A stretch of DNA of 64,000 nucleotides, from IMG/VR virus record IMGVR_UViG_3300021255_002129; one strand, 5' to 3'. Every line of letters starts with the position of its first letter. The first letter of the stretch is position 1. Under the pieces are notes generated by a model. It was not told the origin of the DNA and did not search any database. It saw nothing but the letters and a program-made list of their open reading frames with translations. The DNA comes from a virus. Lineage: Duplodnaviria; Heunggongvirae; Uroviricota; Caudoviricetes. The translations under genes and the position numbers were made by a program. Positions 39,746 to 50,767 of this stretch are shown one piece after another.

Positions 39746-40579
39746 TTAATAATTATAGTTGTTAAAGCATCCACCATTGCAGCAATAAGGATTTGGTACA
39801 TTATATGCTGGGATTGGACATGGTCTTAATTGGTCAACTAAATAATTATTTTGTGCGGCTTGAGATGCAGCAAATTTTAATGCTTGATTTTCATCTCTTA
39901 AATCAGCCATCTTATCACTAGTTAATCTATCTAAGATAGCTCTAGTGTTTGCGTTTTGATTTTCTACGATGTCTCTAGTTTGGTCGCAAATATCTTGTCT
40001 AATTCCATTTACTTGAGTTGCTAAGTTGTAATTAGTGTCTGAGAAACCTTTTTCAACTTGGTATCTCATATCGCAGCAGCAACTAGCCATTTGATTTCCT
40101 AATGCAGTAATTTGTGAACCAATAGCATAAGTATTTTGCATATTATTAACATTAACGTCATTAATACCAGATTGTAATTGATATCCTAAATTAGATATAT
40201 TGGTATTAATTGAATTAACACCACTATTAATAGTACCATTTAAATCACAAATACCTTGAATAACATTTGTAGATAAGTTATGATAATCATTACTTAAGTC
40301 TACTCTAGTATCTCTAACTGCATGGTCTAAATCAGAGAAGTTAATTTCATCGGTTAAATCGGCTCTAGTTAAAGCACCTTGCATTGCGGCACTATTGAAA
40401 CTTCCATTTCCGTTACCGAACCAACCTCCATTTCCTCCCCATCCGCCAAATGCGAATAAGAATAAGATGATAATCCACCATCCATCTCCACCGAAGCCAT
40501 TACCAAAGAATCCGCCACGGTTTCCATCTGTTACTGCAGCTATATCTGCTAAACTGTAACCATTATTTGAGCTAAACAT
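39746..40579 (-). CDS. hypothetical Gly/Trp-rich membrane protein with Cys-rich C-terminus
   Basis: 'GFFGNGFGGDGWWIIILFLFAFGGWGGNGGWFGNGNG' (TM segment), 'ASCCCDMRY' and 'PYCCNGGCFNNYNY'. Confidence 0.45.
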   Translation of the reverse strand: MFSSNNGYSLADIAAVTDGNRGGFFGNGFGGDGWWIIILFLFAFGGWGGNGGWFGNGNGSFNSAAMQGALTRADLTDEINFSDLDHAVRDTRVDLSNDYHNLSTNVIQGICDLNGTINSGVNSINTNISNLGYQLQSGINDVNVNNMQNTYAIGSQITALGNQMASCCCDMRYQVEKGFSDTNYNLATQVNGIRQDICDQTRDIVENQNANTRAILDRLTSDKMADLRDENQALKFAASQAAQNNYLVDQLRPCPIPAYNVPNPYCCNGGCFNNYNY

Positions 40580-40619
40580 ACAAACTCTCCTTTCCTATAA
40601 ATATATTATATCTATATCT

Positions 40620-40871
40620 TTAAAGCTTAAAGGTATCCCTAAAAGCTTTAAATTCTTTATCATAATCCATACCACGCTCTTTAGCAATATTACGAACAAC
40701 TTTTTCTATTTCTTCTGTTTTTCCTTCTTTGATTAGATTTGCTAAATTTTGCATGATTGGATTTCCTTGACTTGCAGCTTCATTAACCATGTTTGAAACA
40801 AGAGCTGATGGATCTTGACTCTTAAAGCTACTAATCAATCTAAACATATCTTGAGGACTTCTAATAAGCAT
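40620..40871 (-). CDS. hypothetical protein (83 aa)
   Basis: ORF overlapping the upstream gene's end by 11 nt. Confidence 0.4.
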   Translation of the reverse strand: MLIRSPQDMFRLISSFKSQDPSALVSNMVNEAASQGNPIMQNLANLIKEGKTEEIEKVVRNIAKERGMDYDKEFKAFRDTFKL

Positions 40872-41274
40872 TTACTTTCACATCCTTTGCGGCGGCAGGT
40901 GCTGCAGGCGTAGGGGCTTGCTTTGCCGTACTATTCATCAACGCATCTAATTTTTCATTTAAAGCATTGATTTTTTCTAATAATTCATCTCTTGATGAGA
41001 TTTCTTTTGCTTCCTTAGTTTCCTCTACAGGAATAGGTTTATAAGTGTTGATTTGAGTAGTTCCATTATTATTCCATGACTTGACATAGATTTCACTTAG
41101 GTCTCCTTTTGGGAATACTCCAAATCCGCCAAATGGAACTTCATTCACTCTAACCATATCTACGCTATCAACCACTTTTCCTTGTAATGCGGCAACCGCA
41201 GGTTGAGCTTGTTGAGGCTGATACATATTGCCATACGAATAGTTTTGATAAAAATTATTTGGATAATAGTTCAT
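40861..41274 (-). CDS. hypothetical protein with Q/N/Y-rich N-terminus
   Basis: 'MNYYPNNFYQNYSYGNMYQPQQAQP'. RBS GAAAGGAG, with a TATAAT-like element just upstream. Confidence 0.45.
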   Translation of the reverse strand: MNYYPNNFYQNYSYGNMYQPQQAQPAVAALQGKVVDSVDMVRVNEVPFGGFGVFPKGDLSEIYVKSWNNNGTTQINTYKPIPVEETKEAKEISSRDELLEKINALNEKLDALMNSTAKQAPTPAAPAAAKDVKVNAY

Positions 41275-41480
41275 AATTTTAAATACTCCTTTCTATTATA
41301 TCCTTTCCTTTCACTAATATCTGAGTTTTTATCAAAACTTATTTTTCAAGTTTGACTAAGTTTTTATTAAAACTTTTAAATTTAGCAGGTAGTAAATTTT
41401 ATTTACAACTTACGATTAAAAGTTTATCATTACAAACAAAAAAATGCTCAGAAAGTGGAAATTAATCCAAATTCTGAGCA

Positions 41481-41520
41481 TAAAAAAAGAGGATAACTTA
41501 ATTTTATAAGTTATCCTCTT
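41481..41520 (-). terminator. rho-independent terminator (minus strand)
   Basis: Perfect 13-bp stem AGAGGATAACTTA/TAAGTTATCCTCT flanked by an A/T tract. Confidence 0.65.
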
Positions 41521-41797
41521 TACTAACTTGTATAGTATAATCTATAATACTATTTTCATCTGTATTTTGAGCAAAATATATTGAAGTAATTTCAGTATTT
41601 CCTATTTCATAAATACCTGTTTTACCAATTTCATATTCTTTGCCATTTATATAAATGTAATTTCTTACATCAGTTTGTACACCAATATGACTCACATAGT
41701 CGATCGGATAGGCGGCTGCCGCAACTATTTTATCATATAATTCATCATTTGCAGTGAAAGGCCCGATTAATTGACCTGTATATCCATTAACGCCCAT
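41504..41797 (-). CDS. small tail-fibre-like protein (97 aa)
   Basis: C-terminal 'EIGKTGIYEIGNTEITSIYF' motif is shared with the 43085..43789 protein. Confidence 0.45.
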   Translation of the reverse strand: MGVNGYTGQLIGPFTANDELYDKIVAAAAYPIDYVSHIGVQTDVRNYIYINGKEYEIGKTGIYEIGNTEITSIYFAQNTDENSIIDYTIQVSKEDNL

Positions 41798-43071
41798 TAA
41801 ATACTACCTGGCTCTCCGTCATCTTCTACGATTAACCAAGCACTATATGGTGGCATCGTATTAGCAACAGATGTAACTCCACTATCGCTTTCCTCTCCAG
41901 CAATAGCTCCAACTCCAGTTCCATTACCAATATAGCCTAAATCCGCCCAATCATTTTTACCATTATAAGTTGCTTTTGGTGAGAATGCACTTCTTTTTGC
42001 AGGATCTGCATAATAAACTAATAAATGATATCTATTATCAATAGCAGTAGCCATAATATAATTTAATGGTTGACCAATTTCTTCAGTGTCTCCATTTGCA
42101 TACGTAATAACTACTTTTTGAGTTCCTGTACCTTCAGTAGAACCAGTATTAATACTAACACTTGTAGGTATTCTTAATTGATAAGCATCATTATCATCAT
42201 GAGTATATTCAATAGTAACCAAACCTGTTGCGGAAACTGTAATATTACTAATTTTATTATAATCTCCTACGTAATAAGTTTTCATATCACCATTTTCTTT
42301 TTCATCATAATGATAATAATCATATACTAATACTTGTCTATTATTAGCAATATCGTCCGCTTGTCCTGTATAATTTTGAATAGTGTTATCGGCAACCATT
42401 ACTCTAAAATTCTTAAAAGCATCTCCCTTAACACCTTTAGGAATTGAAATGTTTCATTTTTCATAAAATGGATGAGATCCATCATCTATCCTCATTGCGG
42501 CTGATGTATCTGCATAATTTCCATTTTCATAAGTACTAACTGAAGTAGTTGTATAATCAATTACTGTATATGGGAATTTAAATCCAATATGAGCAGTTGA
42601 TTCATGAGAGTTCATATCTCTTACTGAACAATAAGCCCAAGAAATTTTATCATTATATTTGATAATTCCAGTTCCTGGTTCTACATATTTACCTGGAATA
42701 ATATTCTCACCAATTGGACTATATTCTCCACTTCCACGTCTATAAGTAAAATCTTCCCTTTGTTCAATTTGTTCTACTTCATCGATAGTATGCATTTCAG
42801 TATGTGGAGCTAATCCTGCAGGTCCAACTATTTGACCTTCATATATAGCACCACCCATAGAGTTGTTGTATTCATAACCCCTACGATATATCTTACCATT
42901 ATCTGGGTTATTTTTATTTTCAGTATCAATTAAAACATATTCATCATAATTAACAGTTTTGTAATCTCCACCTTGACTAAAGGCGGCAACCATTTCTGCA
43001 ATTGTTGAATATCTTTTGGCTATAACGAAGGAAGCACCTCTTCTTCCTCCATAAAAACTATTATATTCCAT
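41797..43071 (-). CDS. tail-fibre/baseplate-associated structural protein (424 aa), one in-frame TGA at 42454
   Basis: Track ORFs 42454..43071 and 41797..42399 share a frame. The junction reads '...HPFYEKW(TGA)NISIPKGVKG...'. Confidence 0.5.
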
Positions 43072-43084
43072 GTGCTTACCCTCC

Positions 43085-43789
43085 TTAATATTGATAATCT
43101 AGAATAAAGTATTTTTCATCAGCTTCAACTATAAAACCAATAAAAGTTGTATTTATTCCATTATTTATCTCATATAGTCCACTTCTACCAATTCTAATGG
43201 CTTCACCATTAATGCTCATTAATAATCCTGGAGGCCCTTGAACACCAATTTGTTTTAATGTGCCTTTATTATCAATAGAAGTATTTAAATAATTTATAAC
43301 ATTATATATTTCATCTAATCTATCTATTGAAATATTCATTTCTCGTCCATAAGTTCCATCTGGTTTTAAAGTATTATAATCAATCAATTCTCTATTTAAT
43401 TGAAAATAAATTTGATTATAAGTATGATTATCATTAGGACTTAACACTAATTCAAATATATCATAATCAGTTGGGTTTCCCGCTGGTATTTCAATATCTT
43501 CAATTAGTTGTGTATTATCTGACGTTTTTTCTGTATTAACAAGTCTTACAGTTATTTTTTGAACAGTATCTAGTTTATATATTTTAAATCTTATATAATA
43601 ACTTCTTTGTTTTCCATCACTTGTTAATGCTTGTAATATATTATCTCCATCTAAGTCAATACCTTTATCTATAAAAACTACACCTGTAGAAAGACTTGAT
43701 TCAACTCTTAAATCATTAAGAGTATAGTCTAAAGGTGATAAATAATCAGAGTATTGACTCTTACGGAATTGTCCAAATTTGTAACTCAT
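43085..43789 (-). CDS. tail-fibre-like structural protein
   Basis: RBS AAAAGGAGTG, then ATG ('MSYKFGQF...'). C-terminal 'RIGRSGLYEINNGINTTFIGF' motif. Confidence 0.5.
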   Translation of the reverse strand: MSYKFGQFRKSQYSDYLSPLDYTLNDLRVESSLSTGVVFIDKGIDLDGDNILQALTSDGKQRSYYIRFKIYKLDTVQKITVRLVNTEKTSDNTQLIEDIEIPAGNPTDYDIFELVLSPNDNHTYNQIYFQLNRELIDYNTLKPDGTYGREMNISIDRLDEIYNVINYLNTSIDNKGTLKQIGVQGPPGLLMSINGEAIRIGRSGLYEINNGINTTFIGFIVEADEKYFILDYQY

Positions 43790-43808
43790 TCTAAACACTC
43801 CTTTTTAT

Positions 43809-45860
43809 CTAAAATCTTTCTAAAGCTCTTGTAGCTGATATTGACATCGTACTACTTATATCAAGAGGAATAGAAATACTTGAAATCATATAATCTCCAT
43901 AAATATCACTTTCAATATCCCTAACCCCAATTCTTGTATTCGGTTCTAAATGATAGATTGGAATACTTTGAATAGTAATACTTTCATTATAACTTGTATA
44001 TTCATGCAACATCATTTTTATTTCATTAAATGCTGAATTGGATGTTCCACCAAGAGCAAGTAAGTTAAATATTCCTGTAGTTACTTGAATATAGTTTTGA
44101 CCTTTAGCTTCACATTCTGCGCGTTTTTCATCAGTATCAGGTTGACCTAATTCTATAATAATAAAATCAGGTATATCTGGTTCAAATACGCAATTTATAT
44201 CATTTCTATTAACGACTTGACTGCGGCGACCGATATTACGAACACTGAACTTCGATATTGCTGCAGCAGAGTCTATAAAATCTAAATAGTAATCTATATC
44301 ACTAGGTGTTTTTAAGACCTCATCATAAAAGCCACCTGTATAAATAGTTTCACCTTTATCATCTATGTAAAAATCCTTTTGTAGATTATACAGCTTTGGC
44401 CACTCGTTCATTAATTCAGTATAGTAGTAATTAGAATCTATGCCCAGTGGCTCAGCTTGAACTCCTTGTAAATATAATTCACTTCTTCAATCTGTTGTTT
44501 TAACTTTAACAAATTGAGTTGTTTCACTATCTACTTCAACATATTGTTTTAAATCTCCATCTCAATAGTAAATAGTTCCTGTACTAGTGTCTTTATAATA
44601 TACACCTGCCGCACCATCAGTTTTAACTATTTCTGCATAACTACTATATAATATAGGCATTTTTGCTTTTGTTAATCCATCATCTGGGTCTTCATAGAAA
44701 AATACATCATATATATTTCCAATAGCAGGTTTAGTATCAATAGCTAAATGATATCTAATAGGAACATCGTTACCATTAGCATTTTTTCTAATTCCCCAAA
44801 CTACAAAATCATTTTTAATTTTATTAAATTGAGGACTATTAGAAAATGATGTAACTAAATTACTATTATTAAATTCATATACTGTTTTACCTTTACTAGC
44901 ATCAATTAAATAATCATTCTTATTCATTGTTTCTAAATCTAATGTTGCTTTTGTTGTGTTTAAATAATTTTTAATTTCTTGCCAATGAAAATTTCCTTCT
45001 GTATCATAAAAATATTCATAATTACCTAGCATATTTTTAATTTTATCTAAGATAACACACACATTATCTCCAGCATTTCCAATTAATTCACTAGGGCAAG
45101 TAAAGTTTGTAAACATATAACCAATATCTTCACCATACTCAAACATTTGATAAGTATGACCCGCGGCGTCCGCATAATTAGTTGACATTGTGTATGAACC
45201 ACTATCTTCAATTAAATACAATGGTGTATTTCCAATTCATTTCATTACTTTTTTTATTCTTGAAGGTACATCAGATATAATTATCTTACTTAATTGTTCT
45301 CCTCCAAAATGATTAACTACCTCCCTAATAATTTGTTCAAAGGTAGGTTTTGATATAACTCAATTTCCATTCTCGTCAATGGTTTCATATTGATCGAATT
45401 GCGTTGATGCAGGAATCACACCTCCGCATTCTCCATTTAACAAACACATTTTATCTCTTAATGAAACTTGTAATGAAGCTCCTCCAGTCGAACGGCTTAA
45501 TGAAGGAGCTATCATAACAAATGTCCCTTGTGGAAATCAAATCTTTTTATGTCTAATATATTGGTCTGTTGTATTAACATAACCAATTTCTAAATACATT
45601 TTTTTATTTATTGAAAACAAATTATCTAAACTTGTTATATTTGCATTTTCTTCTTTATCTATATAGCAAGATAAATTGACAGTTCTTCTTACATTTGAAT
45701 TACCATCTAAATTAAGATTGCCACCTGTTACAATTCCTTGAACTTCTTGTATAGGTCTTTCTTCTCAATCTAATATGGTGATTTTAACAAACTGTTCTTT
45801 TAAATGTTCATTATCTATTAGTTCTAAAAAACTTTTATCACTAGAATATTCATATACTTT
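43809..45860 (-). CDS. large tail tip/baseplate hub (Tal-like) structural protein, 683 aa with at least five in-frame TGA
   Basis: Continuous hand translation from the ATG at 45858-45860 (overlapping the upstream TAA) to TAG at 43809. It incorporates track ORFs 44562..45221 and 43809..44411, which share a frame. Confidence 0.5.
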
Positions 45861-48800
45861 TTTCATTACTCTGCATACCTACCTTTCATAATTTCACAAT
45901 GATAATCAATCAAGGCTTCAACAGGACAAAGTAAATCATCATTATTTGTAAATAGCCATCATTGGTCATTATGCCAAATAAATCTACTATTTGCTTCATC
46001 TATTAATCTTTGTAATATTAAAGCATATTGTCTATCTATTTCTTTATTTAATACTAAATGATAATAATCATCATAAGCTCTATCTAAACTAATAGTATAT
46101 GTTGAACCTAATTTTGACAATTGATCTGGATCTGTGGAAGCAGTCGCCTCATCAGGCCACTGTTCACGAGATTTCATTATATAAACTCCATCTCTATATT
46201 GTCTATCACCTGTTGGTATTAAATCTTCTTCATGATTTAAATTATTTTGAGTTTCATTTTCCTCATCTTTAGTTCCATCAATATATAATGAGCCTGTCCA
46301 TACATCTCCACCAACTTGTTCAATTCATTCTTCGTCTACTATTAATCCACCATCATCATCAATAGGTTGCAATACTCTATCAAATAATAATGTATAACTT
46401 GATGAAGGATGTTCTATATTATCTTGATTAACTGATGCAGTGTATTGTTCTGGTCATTGTTCTTTAGATTTAATGCTATATCATCCAGCAAATTGGTCAA
46501 TAGCTTCTAAATAATCATCTGCAAGAGTATAAACCCCATTTTTAATTAATTGAGATGTATCACTTACATATTTATCTAATATTATATTTGTTTCAATATA
46601 TTTATTATCGGGTAATGTTTCTCTTTCTTGCTCTGCGGCAGTAGCAGGTTCAAGATGGATACCAGCGAAATATAATCCCTCAATAGCAGAGCCCTCCGCA
46701 TCAAGAGCTAAAGTATGTGTTGGTCCAATAACATGTCTTTCAAAATCTGTATCTGCAGACTCTTTAACAAATATTACAGTACCTGGTTCAGCTTCAATTT
46801 TTACTCCATCTAAAGATAACATTATTTGTTGATAATTTGAATATTTTTCAAAATATTTATTCCATATATTTTGATAGATTGAATCATTTGGTTTAAATGC
46901 TCCTCATTTTTGTCCAACTCTTCTATAAAAACTACTAGTTTGAAATACTTTACTAGTATCTTCAGTTTGTTGTAAATTAATATGGTACTCTAAATTAACT
47001 TGAGTATCAACAGGAAAAAATAATGAAGTAATTTCTACGTTCTCACCTTTTAATTCATATATACCTTCTGGATTTATTATAATAGGTTTATTATTAACAT
47101 AAACTAAATAACCTAAGATTGCGGAATCTGGATTTTCTTTATCATCACCAAGATCATCTACTACACAGGGGCCATCTTCACCCTCTTTAATTAGGTATGG
47201 GTCACTTTCAAATTCTAATCTTAAGAAATCTAAATTTTGAATTGCAATTTTATAATTTTCTTTTGCATATTTTTCATATTTCTTTTGAATTAAACTTAAA
47301 GCCTCTGTATTTGCAGGTATTATTTCATTATATTGTCCTACATAATCACTAGCAAATTGTAATAATGTATCATAAGTTCCTAATGGAGAAATATTATATT
47401 TATCATAATTTTTAATTGTTGCCGCATCCACTTCATAAGCAGTTGCTGTAAATGAATATATTCTTCTACCTAATGTTGAATTAGGTGTTAAATTAATATC
47501 CATAATTTTAACAAGTATATTTCCTTCAGTAGCTGACCTGAATAATCTAACTTTATTTGCATATAAGAAATCCATAACTTTTTCTCTGAATTCACGCTCA
47601 TAAGTCCAATCGTTAAAATCATCTATTCTTACATTTTTATCTTTATTAAATTCAATATAATTATCTAGGCTGTCTCTAAACATTTCTTCTTTTGATGTTA
47701 TTAGATGTGATGGATCCATTAAATGAGTTATCGTACCTCCAATAGGAAATTGTCTATATTCAACATAGCCATTTCTTTTAATATATGGATATTTACTTCC
47801 TATTGTATCTGTGCGGGATTCACTTACTGTACGTTTGAACGAACTTACTGATGGATCAAATCTAATATTAAGTTGCCCATCTCCGCCAGTTAAATACATA
47901 TCATCAAATAACATCATGAATGGTTCATCCTCTGCGTGAATTGCGATACCTCTATTTCCAACACTACTTCTTCTTTGTGCTATATATTTATAATACACTC
48001 CACTTTTAATAGTATAGTCATATCAAGTATAATTTAATTTACTATTTTCTTCAAAAGACTCTGTATGAACATCTTCTCATATTGTAAAATTACTTTCACT
48101 TGATGTTCTTCTAATAGTTATATTACCAATAAAAGAATCGTCATCATCTTTGCTTTTAACATTAAGTACAATACAACCATTAATATTATCAAGAGTAGCA
48201 GTTAATGTAGCTTCAAGTTTATCAGCGTTTTCTTGGACTACCATAAATTCATATGTATCTTTTTCAGTATACATATTAGCAGTTTCATATTCAAAAGTAA
48301 AATAATAGCTTTCTCCTTCATTAAAAGCATATTCAAAAGTATAGTTAAATTCATTAATATTAAAATAAATATTTGAATATATTACACCACTATCTGATAA
48401 TAATTGATTATTTATATCGTATAATTTTATTTGATAACTTTTTAATGTATCTGTTTCCGCGGAATCCGCATATGTTAATCTACCAACCACATCTACATTA
48501 TTTAATGACCATAACGTTGTGTCTGCGGAAATATCGAATCCTGAAACACTAAGACTAGGTACACTAATCCCTCTAACTAAACATACTGTTGATCATTCAG
48601 AGAAGTTTGATAAATTTGCAGCAAGCCAGCTATCGATCGCTTGAGGCGTGTTTAAAGATACATCGGCGGCGCCTGCCGCAGTAAATCTAATTTGAACTTT
48701 GTAATATTGATTTATTTGAAAACCTTCTTCAATATCACTAGTTTTTATCTCAATATAATATTTATTATCTGATACTCTTGTTAAATCAGTTTTAATGTCA

Positions 48801-49024
48801 GTTAACATAATTTCACAAGGATATTTGCTTTTATCTAATACAGATAAATTGGTATTTTGATTAACAACTGTTACTTGTGCATTTTTTATATCATTTAAAC
48901 TATTATATAAAGAAATAGAGAAATATACTCTACAAGTATTTTTTTGTATATCACTACTTCCTACTAAAAACGCAGGCATGTAGGTATCCACAACTGGTGG
49001 ATATAAATTAATATTAACTGCCAT
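45861..49024 (-). CDS. very large tail/baseplate structural protein (~1054 aa, Dit-like position) with at least five in-frame TGA
   Basis: Track ORFs 48593..49024, 48077..48490, 46904..47998, 46481..46822 and 45959..46177 all share a frame and are each bounded by TGA. Gaps read without TAA/TAG. An internal repeat 'KSKEQWPEQYTAS'/'KSREQWPDEATAS' is present. Confidence 0.5.
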
Positions 49025-49055
49025 ATCATCTCTCTCCTTTTTCTCTTAATCTTTA

Positions 49056-49508
49056 TTACTTATTTTCTTCTTTTTTATGAATTACTGATACTATTGGTAA
49101 TACTCTTATATCTTTCATAAAACCATCTATAAAAGTATTTCCGTTTTCTTCTTTATAATGTTTGTATCTAGCTTCTATACATTGAAGATTATAGTCATCA
49201 ATATAACCTAAATCATAACAAAAATAATGATGTTTTTCAGTAATCCAAGCTTTAATATCGTCTTTATCTGACTCTATTAAAACACTAATTGATTTAGCCA
49301 TTTTATCAATTTGTTTATTATGTGATTCTAACGTATCTATCATCTTTTGATGTAATTCTTCTACCGATTGTTGCTTACTTGTTGTTTTTGTTATTCTATT
49401 TTTTGCTCAATCATAAAAATCAACAACACCCTTAATAGCAAATGCTAACATTACAACAAAAATAGCTATATCAGTTAATGAATAATTTTTAAGTAAATCT
49501 AACATTCT
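49056..49508 (-). CDS. N-terminally membrane-anchored protein (150 aa), one TGA; possible lysis-associated protein
   Basis: Strong RBS GGAAGGAGATATAGA, then ATG. TM segment 'IAIFVVMLAFAIKGVV', then 'DFYDW(TGA)AKN...', in frame with track ORF 49056..49343. Confidence 0.45.
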
Positions 49509-49589
49509 ATATCTCCTTCCTATATAATTCTCATAATTCTATCTAATAATATATAAAAGTTACAGAAGAAAGATTAGATAAATTAGACC

Positions 49590-49630
49590 AAAATAAAAAA
49601 GATACTTTGCTTTATAAAGCAAAGTATCTA
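49590..49630 (-). terminator. rho-independent terminator (minus strand)
   Basis: GATACTTTGC...GCAAAGTATC hairpin with a flanking A/T tract. Confidence 0.6.
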
Positions 49631-49648
49631 TTATTTATAAAAATATTT

Positions 49649-49867
49649 TTAATTATTACTTTCTTCTAATGCTTCTAACCTTTCAATTATATTTTTTAAT
49701 TGTTCAGCAATACTACCATCTCTATCTACATTAATATCTCCAATAGTATCTTGTAAATCTTTACCATTTTTCATATCAACATCTTTAGCATCAACTGAAA
49801 TAGTATAAGTTTCTTCACTAACTGAACCGTCTGGATTTTTTATCTTAACAGTTTTAATTTTATCCAT
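49649..49867 (-). CDS. 72-aa protein consisting of the receptor-binding-protein N-terminal anchor module plus a short coiled coil
   Basis: 'MDKIKTVKIKNPDGSVSEETYTI' matches the N-termini of the 52379..54190 and 54889..57066 products. Confidence 0.4.
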   Translation of the reverse strand: MDKIKTVKIKNPDGSVSEETYTISVDAKDVDMKNGKDLQDTIGDINVDRDGSIAEQLKNIIERLEALEESNN

Positions 49868-49943
49868 AAATTAAACCTCCTTTTACGTCTTTGTTTCTAA
49901 TACTATGTGAAAAAGGATTAATTAAGATGGGTTATTTTTGACC

Positions 49944-49976
49944 AAAATAAAAAAGAGGAGTATTTAGTTACTCCTC
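49944..49976 (-). terminator. rho-independent terminator after the holin gene
   Basis: GAGGAGTA-TTTAGT-TACTCCTC with a flanking A/T tract. Confidence 0.6.
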
Positions 49977-50393
49977 ATCATCTTTAACTTCCCAAGTAAT
50001 GACTTCAGTGTCTGAACTAATATTTGCTAAATCTACAACTCCTTGAATTGCTTTCTTTCCTTGTGCCACAATAGTTGCAGTGACTACACCTAATACTGCA
50101 ACACTTGATAATGTATTAAGTAATTCGCTTGATAATAATATTACTCCAAATGCACTTGTAATCATTTTATTAATAAATGGTAACATAGTAAATGCAACAG
50201 CAACAAACACTGAGCATACATAAAACGCTAATATTTTTGTAATACCTTTAATCATTTTCTTTCCATTAAAAGTTTCTTTTCCTGACCAAATATTAATTAA
50301 TGTTCCAGTTACAATATTAACAATAGCAAGAATAGCTAATGCAATACCTAACCATCCCATTATTTGTAAAGTTTTTAAAATTGCTTCTACCAT
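49968..50393 (-). CDS. holin (multi-TM)
   Basis: 141 aa with three or four predicted TM helices and a charged C-terminus, located next to the endolysin. Confidence 0.6.
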   Translation of the reverse strand: MVEAILKTLQIMGWLGIALAILAIVNIVTGTLINIWSGKETFNGKKMIKGITKILAFYVCSVFVAVAFTMLPFINKMITSAFGVILLSSELLNTLSSVAVLGVVTATIVAQGKKAIQGVVDLANISSDTEVITWEVKDDEE

Positions 50394-50767
50394 AATATCA
50401 TGCGGCGGTCGTCGGTCTTAGAACTTTTAGTCTTGCTCTTACGCATGCCTGATCGGCTCCCGCGCCTCCTTTCCTTATTGTTTCCGCACTCTCCACCTTT
50501 AGTGCAATTATAACCAAAAAGTGGAATATTACTTTTGTAATAACCTATTAAATATTTTTCTAACCTAACAGCTTGCTCTTGTGTCAATCCACTAGATATT
50601 ACAATGTGTTTAATGTTTTTTCAGCCATATTTTTTAATAGGTTTATAGACTAACTGGCCTTTATAGCCTCGCCCATTTTTCCATCTAGACTCAGGTTTTT
50701 GGCCAGTTAATCCAATATATCGTTTCCCATTAGGGAAAATTAATTCATATACACAATAATTATGCAT
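50387..50767 (-). CDS. GIY-YIG homing-endonuclease-like protein inserted between endolysin and holin; at least one in-frame TGA
   Basis: 'VYELIFPNGKRYIGLTGQKPESRWKNGRGY' is a GIY-YIG motif and '...LEKYLIGYYKS...FGYNCTKGG' is I-TevI-like. The ATG overlaps the endolysin TAA, and the TAG stop overlaps the holin start. The C-terminal basic tail is encoded by an anomalously GC-rich patch (~50400-50480). Confidence 0.55.
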
